Origin: Acaryochloridaceae cyanobacterium VAR_48_metabat_390
GTDB lineage: Bacteria > Cyanobacteriota > Cyanobacteriia > Thermosynechococcales > Thermosynechococcaceae
Reading direction: 5' to 3'
Assembly: GCA_031422435.1 (NCBI GenBank)
Contig: JANPLU010000104.1
Coordinates: forward strand, 1-26,102
Length of the DNA stretch: 26,102 bases
Shown piece after piece: positions 8,655 to 18,529 of the stretch. The notes beneath the pieces are model-generated. The model did no database searches and was not told where the DNA came from. It saw nothing but the letters and a program-made list of their open reading frames with translations. Positions within the stretch are counted from its first letter, which is position 1, and each line of letters opens with the position of its first letter. The translations under genes were made by a program, and so were the position numbers.

Positions 8655-10751
8655 ATGCAAGCTTCACAAGATTCTAAAACTCGCCAGATGCCTAGCGGTA
8701 AGCGTGACACTCGCAGACACACGCCTAAAGCCAATATGAGTGGACTTTATCAGCGCGCCGTTCGTGAAGCGTTCGTAAAGCTTGACCCGCGCACGACGGC
8801 CAAAAACCCCGTGATGTTTATCGTGTGGGTAGGCACCATCGTGACTGCGCTTGTCACTCTAGATCCCAATTTATTTGGAACCGTCCAAGCGGATCCTGGA
8901 GAGCAGCGAATTCTCAACGGATTGATCACGCTGATTCTGTTTTTTACCTTAGTGTTTGCCAACTTTGCAGAAGCGGTTGCGGAAGGACGCGGAAAAGCCC
9001 AGGCCGACTCTCTGCGCTCTACCCGTTCGGACACAATGGCTCGTAAGCTGCTTCCCGATGGAACCATTCAAGAAGTTAGTTCTACCGAACTGCGGCGCGG
9101 CGATCAGGTCAAGGTGATTGCGGGAGACATGATTCCGGCTGATGGCGAAGTCATCAAGGGCGTAGCGTCAGTAGATGAGTCTGCCATTACGGGGGAATCT
9201 GCTCCCGTGCTAAAGCAGCCAGGAACCGATATCGCCAGTTCCGTTACTGGCGGTACGCGGATTCTCTCCGATGAGCTAGTTCTCAACATTACTTCAGATC
9301 CAGGGCAGGGCTTTATTGACCGGATGATTGCCCTAGTCGAAGGAGCCGAACGCAGCAAAACCCCGAACGAAATTGCGCTGACGGTGCTGCTGACGGTACT
9401 AACGCAGGTCTTTTTGATTGTGGTTGCAACCGTATCGCCCCTTGCGAACTACGTGCAGGCTCCAACCACGATCGCCATTCTGATCTCACTGCTAGTCGCG
9501 CTAATTCCCACAACAATCGGCGGACTACTAAGTGCGATCGGCATTGCGGGGATGGATCGAGTGGCACAGTTTAACGTCATTGCAACTTCAGGCCGTGCGG
9601 TTGAAGCCTGTGGTGACATTAACACCCTAGTGCTGGATAAAACAGGAACGATTACCCTCGGCAATCGCTTAGCGGCTGAGTTCATTGCGGTAAATGGGCA
9701 CAGCGTTGAGCAAGTGGCGCAGATTGCCTTAGATGCCAGCGTCTTTGACGAAACTCCAGAGGGTAAGTCCATCGTGCAGCTTGCTGAACAGGAACATCAG
9801 GCAAAAACGACCTTTGATCCGACACAGGCCGAAGGGGTGGATTTTTCCGCCAGAACCCGTATGAGCGGCACCAACTTACCCAACGGTAAAGAGGCTCGAA
9901 AAGGAGCTGTGGAAGCAGTCAAAGGGTTTGTTCGGTCACGCGGTGGCACAATTCCCGACCAGCTAGATGCAGCCTATGAGAAAGTTTCACGCTTGGGCGG
10001 CACACCTCTTGCAGTCTGCCAAGATAACGATATCTACGGTGTGATTTACCTCAAAGATGTGGTTAAGCCGGGACTCAAAGAGCGTTTTGACCAGCTTCGC
10101 CGCATGGGGGTCAAAACCATCATGCTCACGGGCGATAACCGCATTACGGCTTCGGTGATTGCCCAAGAAGCGGGGGTGGATGACTTTATTGCTGAAGCCA
10201 CCCCCGAAGACAAAATTGACGTCATTCGCAAAGAGCAATCTGAAGGGAAGCTGGTCGCCATGACGGGGGACGGCACCAATGATGCCCCTGCCCTAGCCCA
10301 AGCCAACGTGGGCGTTGCAATGAACTCCGGCACCCAGGCTGCAAAAGAAGCTGCCAACATGGTGGATCTAGACTCTGACCCGACTAAGCTCATTGACCTT
10401 GTGACCATCGGCAAGCAGCTTTTGATTACGCGGGGGGCTTTGACCACTTTTTCGATCTCTAACGATATTGCCAAATACTTCGCCATTATCCCTACGATCT
10501 TTGCGGCGGCAGGGATTGGTTCGCTCAACATCATGGGGCTAAAGAGTCCGCAATCTGCCATTATCTCGGCGCTAATCTACAACGCTCTCATTATTCCGGC
10601 CTTGATTCCCTTGGCGCTAAAGGGGGTTCAGTTTCGGCCTCTAACCGCCGATCAGCTTTTGCGTCGCAATATTTTTATCTACGGCCTAGGTGGGGTAATT
10701 GCGCCATTTATTGCCATCAAAATTATCGACATGCTGATTCCATTTGCCTAA
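8655..10751 (+). CDS. kdpB: K+-transporting P-type ATPase subunit KdpB
   Basis: Motifs TGES, IPTTIGG, DKTGT phosphorylation site, KGA, TGDN and GDGTND. Confidence 0.98.
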   Translation: MQASQDSKTRQMPSGKRDTRRHTPKANMSGLYQRAVREAFVKLDPRTTAKNPVMFIVWVGTIVTALVTLDPNLFGTVQADPGEQRILNGLITLILFFTLVFANFAEAVAEGRGKAQADSLRSTRSDTMARKLLPDGTIQEVSSTELRRGDQVKVIAGDMIPADGEVIKGVASVDESAITGESAPVLKQPGTDIASSVTGGTRILSDELVLNITSDPGQGFIDRMIALVEGAERSKTPNEIALTVLLTVLTQVFLIVVATVSPLANYVQAPTTIAILISLLVALIPTTIGGLLSAIGIAGMDRVAQFNVIATSGRAVEACGDINTLVLDKTGTITLGNRLAAEFIAVNGHSVEQVAQIALDASVFDETPEGKSIVQLAEQEHQAKTTFDPTQAEGVDFSARTRMSGTNLPNGKEARKGAVEAVKGFVRSRGGTIPDQLDAAYEKVSRLGGTPLAVCQDNDIYGVIYLKDVVKPGLKERFDQLRRMGVKTIMLTGDNRITASVIAQEAGVDDFIAEATPEDKIDVIRKEQSEGKLVAMTGDGTNDAPALAQANVGVAMNSGTQAAKEAANMVDLDSDPTKLIDLVTIGKQLLITRGALTTFSISNDIAKYFAIIPTIFAAAGIGSLNIMGLKSPQSAIISALIYNALIIPALIPLALKGVQFRPLTADQLLRRNIFIYGLGGVIAPFIAIKIIDMLIPFA

Positions 10752-10781
10752 AGTTCTATTGTTTGACGAGACAGAACTGCT

Positions 10782-11063
10782 ATGAAACGAATTACTTCTC
10801 AAAGACAGAACGCATTGTCTTCCGCCTCAGCAACCGTTCTAGAAACCACTGCTGAAATTGTGGAGCGTTGGCAGCAGCACAAGCTTCCGCGCTACCTATT
10901 TTTAGGGCTGTGTTTTAATCTGGTGCTGGCTCCTGCCGTCTTTGCCGCAACGGGTGGTGATTTATCGAAGGTTCAGGCGTATTGGCTGGCTGGTTTGGGT
11001 CTAGTGACTGTTGCCTTGTCGATCTACCTATTCTTTGTCATGTTTGTACCGGAGAAATTCTAA
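10782..11063 (+). CDS. kdpF: Extended KdpF-like hydrophobic subunit (cyanobacterial KdpG/KdpF type)
   Basis: 93 aa between kdpB and kdpC with two hydrophobic helices. The C-terminus IYLFFVMFVPEKF matches the KdpF YL...PEKF signature. Stop overlaps the kdpC start (TAATG). Confidence 0.8.
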   Translation: MKRITSQRQNALSSASATVLETTAEIVERWQQHKLPRYLFLGLCFNLVLAPAVFAATGGDLSKVQAYWLAGLGLVTVALSIYLFFVMFVPEKF

Positions 11064-11734
11064 TGAGTCTTGCGCGTGAAGCCAGTCGAGCCGTTCGAGC
11101 CACCCTTGTACTTTGGGTGATTACGGCGATCGTTTATCCCTTTGTGATGATTGCCTTTGGACAAATTGTGTTTCCGTTTCAGGCCAATGGCAGCCTGCTG
11201 AAAAATGCTCAAGGGCAGGTAGTGGGGTCTGCCTTGATTGGTCAACCGTTTGTGAGCGATCGCTATTTCAACAGCCGCCCCAGCACTACTAGATACAGCA
11301 CAGGAAAAAACGAACTAATTTACGGTAATACAGTCAAGACAGGGGCAGTTTTGGATCTAACCAAGATTACATTTTCGGGAGCCAGTAATTTAGCGCCGAG
11401 TAACCCTGCTTTGTTAGATCGCATAAAAGGGAAAGCGGATGCTGACCCTAGTAAGGCGATCGCAGGCGACCTCCCCAGACTCAAAGAAGCAGGCATCCAA
11501 CCCACTGCCGATTTAGTCTATACCTCTGGCTCTAGCCTAGACCCTCACATCACGCCAGAAGCTGCTAGAGCACAAATCCAGCGGATTGCTAAAGCGCGAG
11601 GGCTAGACACTAACCGCGTTGAAATTATGATTACTCAGCATACTGATAGTCGCTTTTTAGGCATTTTTGGAGAACCAGGCGTTAATGTTTTGAAGCTTAA
11701 TCTTGCCCTTGACAATATTAAAGCTAAACCTTAG
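11063..11734 (+). CDS. kdpC: K+-transporting ATPase subunit KdpC
   Basis: Motifs QANGS, GSALIGQ, YFNSRPS, SGASN, TSGSSLDPHI and VNVLKLNLALD. Start ATG at 11063 is coupled to the upstream stop. Confidence 0.96.
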   Translation: MSLAREASRAVRATLVLWVITAIVYPFVMIAFGQIVFPFQANGSLLKNAQGQVVGSALIGQPFVSDRYFNSRPSTTRYSTGKNELIYGNTVKTGAVLDLTKITFSGASNLAPSNPALLDRIKGKADADPSKAIAGDLPRLKEAGIQPTADLVYTSGSSLDPHITPEAARAQIQRIAKARGLDTNRVEIMITQHTDSRFLGIFGEPGVNVLKLNLALDNIKAKP

Positions 11735-11740
11735 ACCGCT

Positions 11741-12856
11741 ATGCACGATTCCTCTGCGCCATCCCTTGATCGCTTCTATCCCCAAACAGCCCGTCGTGGA
11801 AAGCACAAAATCTTTATTGGCATGGCTCCTGGTGTAGGTAAAACCTACAAAATGCTCGAAGAAGCCCATCTGCTTAAACAAGAAGGGATTGATGTCGTTA
11901 TTGGGGTGTTGGAAACTCACGGGCGTAAAGAAACCGCCGCAAAAGCAGAGGGGCTTGAACTGATCCCTAGAACTACCCAAGGTGAGTTATCTTTGCCGGA
12001 AATGGATACTGATGCCATTTTGAGGCGATCGCCCCAACTTACCCTCGTAGACGAACTCGCCCACACCAACGTCCCTGGCTCAGAGCGCGAAAAGCGCTAC
12101 CAAGACGTTGAGATTATCTTAAACGCCGGAATTGACGTGTACTCCACCGTCAATATTCAGCACCTAGAAAGCCTCAATGACCTAGTAGCAAGAATTACAG
12201 GCGTTGTTGTGAGAGAGCGCATCCCTGATCGCGTGTTAGAAGCTGCCGATCAGGTTGTGGTTGTAGACGTTACCCCAGAAACTCTAGAGCAGCGTCTTTT
12301 AGAAGGTAAAATCTATGCGCCCGAAAAAATCCAGCAGTCTCTCTCAAACTTTTTTCAGCGCCGTCATCTTATTGCCCTACGAGAACTTGCCCTGCGGGAA
12401 GTGGCAGATACGGTCGAAGGCGTAGCCAATGGGCTTTCGATGGCTGGACAGTCTTGCAATATCCATGAACGGGTGTTGGTCTGTCTCTCCACTTATCCCA
12501 ATTCGGTTCAGCTCTTGCGGCGCGGGGCGCGTTTAGCAAACTATATGAACGCTCCTCTCTATGCCGTCTTTGTCGATTCATCAGATCGCTTTCTTTCTAA
12601 ATCAGAAAGCCTCCATGTCGAAACCTGTGAAAAACTGTGCAAGGAATTTGGCGGCGAGTTTCTGCGGATCCGAAAAAGTGATGTGCCCAGTGCGATCGCC
12701 GAGGTCGCCGCTACCCAGCACATCACGCAAATCATCATCGGTGAAAGTCAGCAGTCGCGCTGGAGGCATCTACTCAAGGGTTCTTTTACACAGCAGCTCA
12801 TGCGGCTGATTCACCGTCAGCATATTGATTTACACATTATTGCAACTGAGAAATAG
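11741..12856 (+). CDS. kdpD: Short KdpD (N-terminal KdpD sensor domain plus Usp domain; no transmembrane or kinase domains)
   Basis: GMAPGVGKTY, ETHGR, VDELAHTN, NIQHLESLND and LRELAL, then a Usp-like domain; ends at 371 aa. Confidence 0.93.
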   Translation: MHDSSAPSLDRFYPQTARRGKHKIFIGMAPGVGKTYKMLEEAHLLKQEGIDVVIGVLETHGRKETAAKAEGLELIPRTTQGELSLPEMDTDAILRRSPQLTLVDELAHTNVPGSEREKRYQDVEIILNAGIDVYSTVNIQHLESLNDLVARITGVVVRERIPDRVLEAADQVVVVDVTPETLEQRLLEGKIYAPEKIQQSLSNFFQRRHLIALRELALREVADTVEGVANGLSMAGQSCNIHERVLVCLSTYPNSVQLLRRGARLANYMNAPLYAVFVDSSDRFLSKSESLHVETCEKLCKEFGGEFLRIRKSDVPSAIAEVAATQHITQIIIGESQQSRWRHLLKGSFTQQLMRLIHRQHIDLHIIATEK

Positions 12857-12984
12857 AAGACGATCACGCCAATATAGACTAGGCCTAGGTCTCCTATGGT
12901 CATACTGTACTGGGATGCATTTGACTTTATGTGCTTACACCAAAGCACTGCTTTCTTTGAAAAGTCCTAAGCAAAAAGTTCATC

Positions 12985-13590
12985 CTAAACTCTTGCAAGC
13001 GTCACTACTTCAGATTGGTCTTGATATTTACCTTGGCGATCGGCATAGCTCACATTGCAGGGTTCACCTTCAAAAAACAAAAGCTGCACAATTCCTTCAC
13101 TGGCATAAATGCGGCAGTCCGCACTCGAAGAATTTGAAAACTCCAGGGTCAGATGACCGCGCCAGCCCGCTTCGGCAGGAGTGAGGTTTGCAATGAGACC
13201 AATGCGGGCATAGGTCGATTTGCCAATGCAGATCACAGACACATTATCTGGTACCGCTAGCCGCTCTAGCGCAACGCCTAGCCCATAGGAATGCGCTGGC
13301 AAAATAAAGTAGCTGCCATGCCGATCAGTATGCAGTGCCGCTGGCTCTAGGTTGGCGGGGTTAAAGTTTTTGGGGTCTACAATGGTGCCCGGCACATGCC
13401 GAAATACCCGAAATTCATTGGGGCTAAGGCGCAAATCATAGCCGTAAGAAGATAGCCCATAGCTAATGACTTTATGAGAAACCCCTGGCGTAGCGGCATC
13501 TAGCGCGACGGCGCGTACTAACTGTGGTTCAAAGGGGGTAATCATTCCCCTTGAGGCCATTTCCGTAATCCAGGCATCATTCTTAATCAC
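12985..13590 (-). CDS. dcd: dCTP deaminase
   Basis: Motifs SYGLSSYGYD, GKSTYAR, TPAEAGWRGHLTLE and Y..R.GKYQ. Probable start is GTG at 13590 (MIKND); alternative ATG at 13629. Confidence 0.95.
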   Translation of the reverse strand: MIKNDAWITEMASRGMITPFEPQLVRAVALDAATPGVSHKVISYGLSSYGYDLRLSPNEFRVFRHVPGTIVDPKNFNPANLEPAALHTDRHGSYFILPAHSYGLGVALERLAVPDNVSVICIGKSTYARIGLIANLTPAEAGWRGHLTLEFSNSSSADCRIYASEGIVQLLFFEGEPCNVSYADRQGKYQDQSEVVTLARV

Positions 13591-13632
13591 AGGGGTACCG
13601 TTGGCAATCGCTTCAAAGACTATAGGCATGTA

Positions 13633-14169
13633 CTAAGGGCAGAAGCTGCGCCGCAGCTCCGTCACCTGATCTGCCTGGTCAATCAAAGACTGGGGCATCT
13701 CTGGGCCTGTGAGAATCATATCAACGTGACGGGGACGCTGGGCAATTAAATCTAGCACCTCGGCTTCGGGAATTAATCCTAAGTGAATGGCAAGGCTGAG
13801 TTCGTCTAAGACCACTAGGCTAAAGCGATCGCCCACTACAGCCGCCTTGGTGTACTCCCAGAGTTCCGTCAACGCCTCCATTTCGATCGGCTCTAGCTCT
13901 GGGGTATCAATGCAGCGCGGTAGATTGCAGCGCAGCCATTCGAGATGCTGACATAAGTGGATGGGGTGATCTGGCCCCATGCGGATGCCGCCCTTTAAAA
14001 ACTGCACCACCAAAACGGATGTACCTTGCCCTGCCACCCGCAGGGCTTGAGCCATGACATTGGTAAAAAAGCTTCGATGGGGTGCGGTAACAATTTGCAC
14101 CAGCCCTTCAACGACGTGCTGAAGCTGAGGTTCAAGGGTGAGCGTTCGCGTTTCGACCTGAGCAACCAT
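13633..14169 (-). CDS. CobA/CobO/BtuR-like adenosyltransferase-family protein with a degenerate P-loop
   Basis: VQFLKG, LVVLDEL, RP...ILTG and ADQVTE match BtuR, but the Walker A position reads TAPHRSFFT. Probable start ATG at 14169. Confidence 0.82.
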   Translation of the reverse strand: MVAQVETRTLTLEPQLQHVVEGLVQIVTAPHRSFFTNVMAQALRVAGQGTSVLVVQFLKGGIRMGPDHPIHLCQHLEWLRCNLPRCIDTPELEPIEMEALTELWEYTKAAVVGDRFSLVVLDELSLAIHLGLIPEAEVLDLIAQRPRHVDMILTGPEMPQSLIDQADQVTELRRSFCP

Positions 14170-14209
14170 AGAATATTGATGTCTGAGTGAGTGAAAGAAG
14201 CGCCTTGAC

Positions 14210-14267
14210 AACACAGATGTAGCGCATCTCTGTGAGTTCTCACCATAGTTAACGCTATATATAATTA
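14210..14267. promoter_or_regulatory. Candidate tandem NrdR boxes upstream of the cobO-like/dcd operon
   Basis: Cores ACAGATGTAG (14213-14222) and CTATATATAA (14255-14264) resemble CWANATNTWG and are 42 bp apart. Confidence 0.45.
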
Positions 14268-14411
14268 TCCGTCAATAGCCTGATGCTAAATCTTTAGCTA
14301 ATTCTGCGGAAATAAATGTGATGGACTGGGTACGCTTGAGTGAATCTCCATCCCCCGCTATGCTGAGCAGTAGCCTCGCCTCAATTCAATTAGCGGCTCG
14401 GAGAATGATAT

Positions 14412-15134
14412 ATGGCTTGGCAGCGTCCCGATGGTCGTCAACGCGATCAGCTTCGACCGATAAAATTTGAGCGGGGGTTTACCCAAAATACGCCTGGTTC
14501 AGTGCTGGCGCACTGTGGCAATACGAAGGTGCTTTGCACAGTCTCGGTAAAGCCCAAGGTGCCTCAGTTTTTAGAAGGCACAGGTCAAGGCTGGCTCACG
14601 GCTGAGTACCGGATGCTGCCGGGTGCAACACCGGATCGGTGCGAGCGCGAACTCCTCAAGCTCTCAGGGCGCACCCAAGAAATTCAGCGGCTGATTGGGC
14701 GTAGCCTACGTGCTTCTCTCAACTTAAAGGCTTTAGGAGAACGCACCATCACGGTCGATGCAGACGTACTGCAAGCCGATGCCGGAACCAGAACAACCGC
14801 CATCACAGGCGGCTTTGTGGCTTTAGTTGATGCCATCAACACCCTCATTCAGCAGGGAGAATTGACAGAATCTCCCATTCTTCATCACGTTGCGGCCGTT
14901 TCGGTGGGGCTACTGGAAGAAGAAGCATTTCTGGATTTGAATTATCCAGAGGATGTAGCGGCAACGGTCGATTTCAATGTTGTTTTAACCGAAAACTTAG
15001 ACATCTTAGAAGTCCAGGGCACTGCTGAAGAGGGCACTTTTACCCGCAAGCAGATGAACCAGATTCTAGACCTTGCTGAGGCAGGCATTGGTGAGCTTGT
15101 CGCAGCACAGCGAGCAGTACTTCAAATTCCATAA
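14412..15134 (+). CDS. rph: Ribonuclease PH
   Basis: Motifs [36 protein letters not shown] and EVQGTAE. Confidence 0.97.
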   Translation: MAWQRPDGRQRDQLRPIKFERGFTQNTPGSVLAHCGNTKVLCTVSVKPKVPQFLEGTGQGWLTAEYRMLPGATPDRCERELLKLSGRTQEIQRLIGRSLRASLNLKALGERTITVDADVLQADAGTRTTAITGGFVALVDAINTLIQQGELTESPILHHVAAVSVGLLEEEAFLDLNYPEDVAATVDFNVVLTENLDILEVQGTAEEGTFTRKQMNQILDLAEAGIGELVAAQRAVLQIP

Positions 15135-15273
15135 TCTGAATGCCCACAGCGTTGCCCCATGATGCGTAGACGGCGATCGCCCCTCAATCAAATCTCTTCT
15201 TGGGCTATTAAAGCAGCGACTCGAATAGTGTAAACTCTGCATGAGCTAAATTTTCAAGGGTTACGTCACTCAG

Positions 15274-16323
15274 ATGCCCTATCATCTGGTTGCTTTCTTA
15301 ATTTCTGCTGTTGTTGTTCTATGGAGTACCCCCATTGTCAAAAAAATTGGTCTTAAAAGTGGCTACGTCGATCTGCCCGATCCGCGTAAAGTTCACAAAA
15401 GACCGATGGTTAGACTGGGGGGCATTTCTATATTTATCGGCAACATCAGCACGTGGCTCATCGTTTGGATCTTGGGGGGATTTAGTGAGCTACCTTTGGC
15501 CTCAGCCTACGAACTGCTGGGCGTTACCTTAGGTGGGCTTTGCTTTTTTCTCATTGGATTGCTTGATGACCTGTTCACTCTTTCCCCAATTTTACGATTG
15601 GTGATGCAGGTGGGCGTGGCTGTTGCGGCTTGGTATGCGGGGGTCAGCATTGATTTTTCCACCATTCCGTTTCATGGCCTTGTAGAGCTGGGCTGGCTCA
15701 GTCTTCCTATTACGGTCATTTGGCTGGTGGGCATGGCAAACGCCATGAACTTCATGGATGGGCTGGACGGTCTTGCCGCAGGTATTTCAGGCATTGCCGC
15801 CGTTATTATGCTTATGGTCAGCCTGTTCATGAGGCAGGATGTTGCGGCGGTGTTAGCAGCGGCTTTAGCAGGAGGTGCCTTAGGGTTCCTGCGCTACAAC
15901 TTTAACCCTGCCCAGATTTTTATGGGGGATGGCGGCGCATACTTTATGGGATTTACCCTCGCTGCTTTGGGTGTGATTGGGCTGGTCAAAAGCGTGACGA
16001 CTGTAGCGGTGGTGCTACCCTTCATCATTTTGGCCTTGCCTATTGTCGATACTTCTGCGGTGGTGCTGACGCGCTTAAGTCAAGGGAAGTCGCCCTTTGC
16101 AGCAGATAAGCGCCATATTCATCATCGTTTGCTTCAGGCAGGGCTATCGCAACGCAGCATTGTGCTGTTTTTGTATTCCATCGCTTTTTGGGTCGGTAGC
16201 CTTGCCACTACGTTTGCGGGTTTACCTGGCTCTAAAGTTTATGCCATTGGCGCAACGCTGCTGCTGGGGTACTCAAGTTGGCAGGTGTGGCGTCGTATCC
16301 AAGAAAACTCTTCTGCGGAATAA
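15274..16323 (+). CDS. Glycosyltransferase family 4 (WecA/TagO-like undecaprenyl-phosphate GlcNAc-1-P transferase)
   Basis: Polytopic membrane protein with RKVH, GLLDD, NAMNFMDGLDGL, IFMGDGG and ADKRHIHH. Confidence 0.92.
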   Translation: MPYHLVAFLISAVVVLWSTPIVKKIGLKSGYVDLPDPRKVHKRPMVRLGGISIFIGNISTWLIVWILGGFSELPLASAYELLGVTLGGLCFFLIGLLDDLFTLSPILRLVMQVGVAVAAWYAGVSIDFSTIPFHGLVELGWLSLPITVIWLVGMANAMNFMDGLDGLAAGISGIAAVIMLMVSLFMRQDVAAVLAAALAGGALGFLRYNFNPAQIFMGDGGAYFMGFTLAALGVIGLVKSVTTVAVVLPFIILALPIVDTSAVVLTRLSQGKSPFAADKRHIHHRLLQAGLSQRSIVLFLYSIAFWVGSLATTFAGLPGSKVYAIGATLLLGYSSWQVWRRIQENSSAE

Positions 16324-16356
16324 TGGGGGAAATAACGGGCTGCTGCAAGGATTGAT

Positions 16357-17616
16357 ATGATTCAAGGCGCTGAAATTATCTGTGTGGGGACTGAGCTGCT
16401 GTTGGGAGAAATCTTGAACTCCAATGCTCAGTTTTTGGCTCAAGAACTGGCAAAGCTCGGAATCCCTCACTTTTTTCAGACGGTGGTCGGAGATAATCCT
16501 GTGCGCATTAAACGGGCGATCGCCTTGGCCTGCCAGCGCTCCAGTATCATCATCTTTACGGGAGGGCTGGGACCCACGCCCGATGACCTAACAACCGAGG
16601 CGATCGCCGACTTTTTTGAGACACCTCTCGTTGAAGATGCGGCTGTATGGGCGATTATTGAGCAAAAATTCACCGTTCGCGGCATTGTGCCTAGCCCCAG
16701 CAATCGTAAGCAGGCGCTGCGACCCGAAGGTGCCCAGACCTTGCCCAACCCAACAGGCACTGCGCCTGGGATTGTGTGGCAGCCTAGACCTGGCCTAACG
16801 CTTTTGACCTTTCCTGGGGTGCCTCGAGAGCTGCACCCCATGTGGAACCAAACCGCCATTCCCTTTTTAAAAAGCCAGGGCTGGGGAGAAACCCAGATTT
16901 TTAGTCGAAATCTACGCTTTTGGGGGATTCCAGAATCGACCCTTGCCGAAAAAGTAGCACCGTTTCTTGAGCAGGAGTCCCCCACCGTTGCGCCCTATGC
17001 TGGTCGAGGTGAAGCGCGGCTGCGGCTCTCGATAAGTTCCGGCTCTCAAGTAGAAGCTAATCGGGCGTTAGATAGCTTGCAGCAGCAAATCCAGGCACTG
17101 TGCGGCCAAGATTACTATGGCTCTGATGCCGACACCTTAGCTGCCGTTGTGGGCAAACTGTTGGTGGGGCGATCGCAAACTGTTTCAGTCGCGGAATCCT
17201 GTACGGGTGGAGGGCTAGGCCAAAAACTAACCGATAGCCCCGGCAGCTCTGGCTACTTTTGGGGCGGCGTGATTGCCTATGACAACCGCGTTAAGCGTCA
17301 GCTTTTGAACGTGGATGCAGGCATCTTAGACACCCAGGGCGCTGTGAGTGCCGCTGTTGCACAACAAATGGCTGTAGGGGTTAAAAATCTGCTAAAAACC
17401 GCTTGGGGCATTAGCATTACGGGAATCGCAGGACCAGGCGGAGGTTCTGAAGAGAAGCCTGTGGGACTGGTTTACATTGGACTGGCAGCACCAGATGGCA
17501 CTGTCACCCATCAAGAATACTGTTTTGGCTCTGGGCGAGGACGCGACTGGATTCGAGACGTAAGTGCGTCCCACGCTCTTGACTTAATTCGGCGGCAGTT
17601 ACTGGATAAAAGCTAG
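16357..17616 (+). CDS. cinA: Competence/damage-inducible protein CinA (MoCF-like domain plus PncC domain)
   Basis: Motifs GTELLLG, GGLGPTPDDLT, PGVP.E, AESCTGG and TGIAGPGG. Confidence 0.95.
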   Translation: MIQGAEIICVGTELLLGEILNSNAQFLAQELAKLGIPHFFQTVVGDNPVRIKRAIALACQRSSIIIFTGGLGPTPDDLTTEAIADFFETPLVEDAAVWAIIEQKFTVRGIVPSPSNRKQALRPEGAQTLPNPTGTAPGIVWQPRPGLTLLTFPGVPRELHPMWNQTAIPFLKSQGWGETQIFSRNLRFWGIPESTLAEKVAPFLEQESPTVAPYAGRGEARLRLSISSGSQVEANRALDSLQQQIQALCGQDYYGSDADTLAAVVGKLLVGRSQTVSVAESCTGGGLGQKLTDSPGSSGYFWGGVIAYDNRVKRQLLNVDAGILDTQGAVSAAVAQQMAVGVKNLLKTAWGISITGIAGPGGGSEEKPVGLVYIGLAAPDGTVTHQEYCFGSGRGRDWIRDVSASHALDLIRRQLLDKS

Positions 17617-17797
17617 CGGGCAAAGATACTGCTGGTCGCTAGTGTTCGTTCCCAGCTCTGCGGATTAAACCGATCTGGTTTATGACAAGGTAAAAATATT
17701 GTGTTAAGATTTAGTAACGCAAGTTCATAAATGTGTTTTACGCTTTTGAAAACGTAAGATAAGGATCCGTACTGTACGGCAAGGAGCCATTCCCACA

Positions 17798-17932
17798 ATG
17801 GAGTATTTAGAAAAGATACTTGATGCGCTCAAGAATCTGGCCCGCAAGGTAGTTGATGCAGTCTTTGGACCCGAAGCTGAGCCAGAGTTAGAGTTAATTC
17901 CAATACCAGTGCGTGACCGTAACTTTCGGTAG
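17798..17932 (+). CDS. atpT: 44-aa small protein resembling AtpTheta (Norf1), the cyanobacterial FoF1 ATPase inhibitor
   Basis: Below the ORF-track cutoff. MEYLEKILDALKNLARKVVDAVFGPEAEPELELIPIPVRDRNFR*, with AAGGAG at 17781-17786. An amphipathic N-terminal helix and GPEAEPExELIPIPV tail fit my recollection of AtpTheta. Confidence 0.7.
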   Translation: MEYLEKILDALKNLARKVVDAVFGPEAEPELELIPIPVRDRNFR

Positions 17933-17966
17933 TGATACTCTGGGTCTTTTTGATTGAGAATAAGCG

Positions 17967-18410
17967 GTGCTAAGCATTTTAGTGCTTCACGGGCCGAACC
18001 TAAATCTGCTAGGCATTCGTGAGCCTGGGATTTATGGTTCTACAACTCTTTTTGAAATTAACGAGTCCCTTGCTGTATTAGCAGATAAGCAAGGTGCTAA
18101 GGTTGAAGCGTTTCAGTCCAATCATGAGGGAGCGCTGGTAGATGCTATTCATAGCGCCCTAGACTGTCATCACGGCATTTTAATTAATGCTGCGGCCTAT
18201 ACGCACACCAGCATTGCAATTCGAGATGCAGTTTCGGCGGTAAAGCTTCCTGCTGTTGAAGTGCACTTGAGTAATGTGCATCAGCGTGAAGTATTTCGTC
18301 ACCATTCGTACCTATCTGCGGTCGTGATGGGTCAAATTAGTGGATTTGGCGCACAGAGTTACTACCTTGGTCTTCAGGCGCTACTGACGCATTTACGGCA
18401 GAAGGCTTAG
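17967..18410 (+). CDS. aroQ: Type II 3-dehydroquinate dehydratase
   Basis: Motifs [26 protein letters not shown] and EVHLSN. Confidence 0.97.
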   Translation: MLSILVLHGPNLNLLGIREPGIYGSTTLFEINESLAVLADKQGAKVEAFQSNHEGALVDAIHSALDCHHGILINAAAYTHTSIAIRDAVSAVKLPAVEVHLSNVHQREVFRHHSYLSAVVMGQISGFGAQSYYLGLQALLTHLRQKA

Positions 18411-18529
18411 TGGTTTTTACATCGGTTAACACGACGGGAATCGGGGTTGTATTAAGACAAGATGAAGCACACTTAAGGGTATTGCATAGAATAGAAAATA
18501 ACACTTGTGCGCTCAGCTCACTTTTAGAT

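Noticed and set aside
12876..12892. Palindrome around CTAGGCCTAG between kdpD and dcd
   Set aside because: Short, with no loop or U-tract, so it cannot be supported as a terminator.
12825..13184. 119-aa ORF after kdpD as a possible missing KdpD C-terminus
   Set aside because: No transmembrane, GAF or kinase motifs, and mostly antisense to dcd. KdpD ends naturally after the Usp domain.
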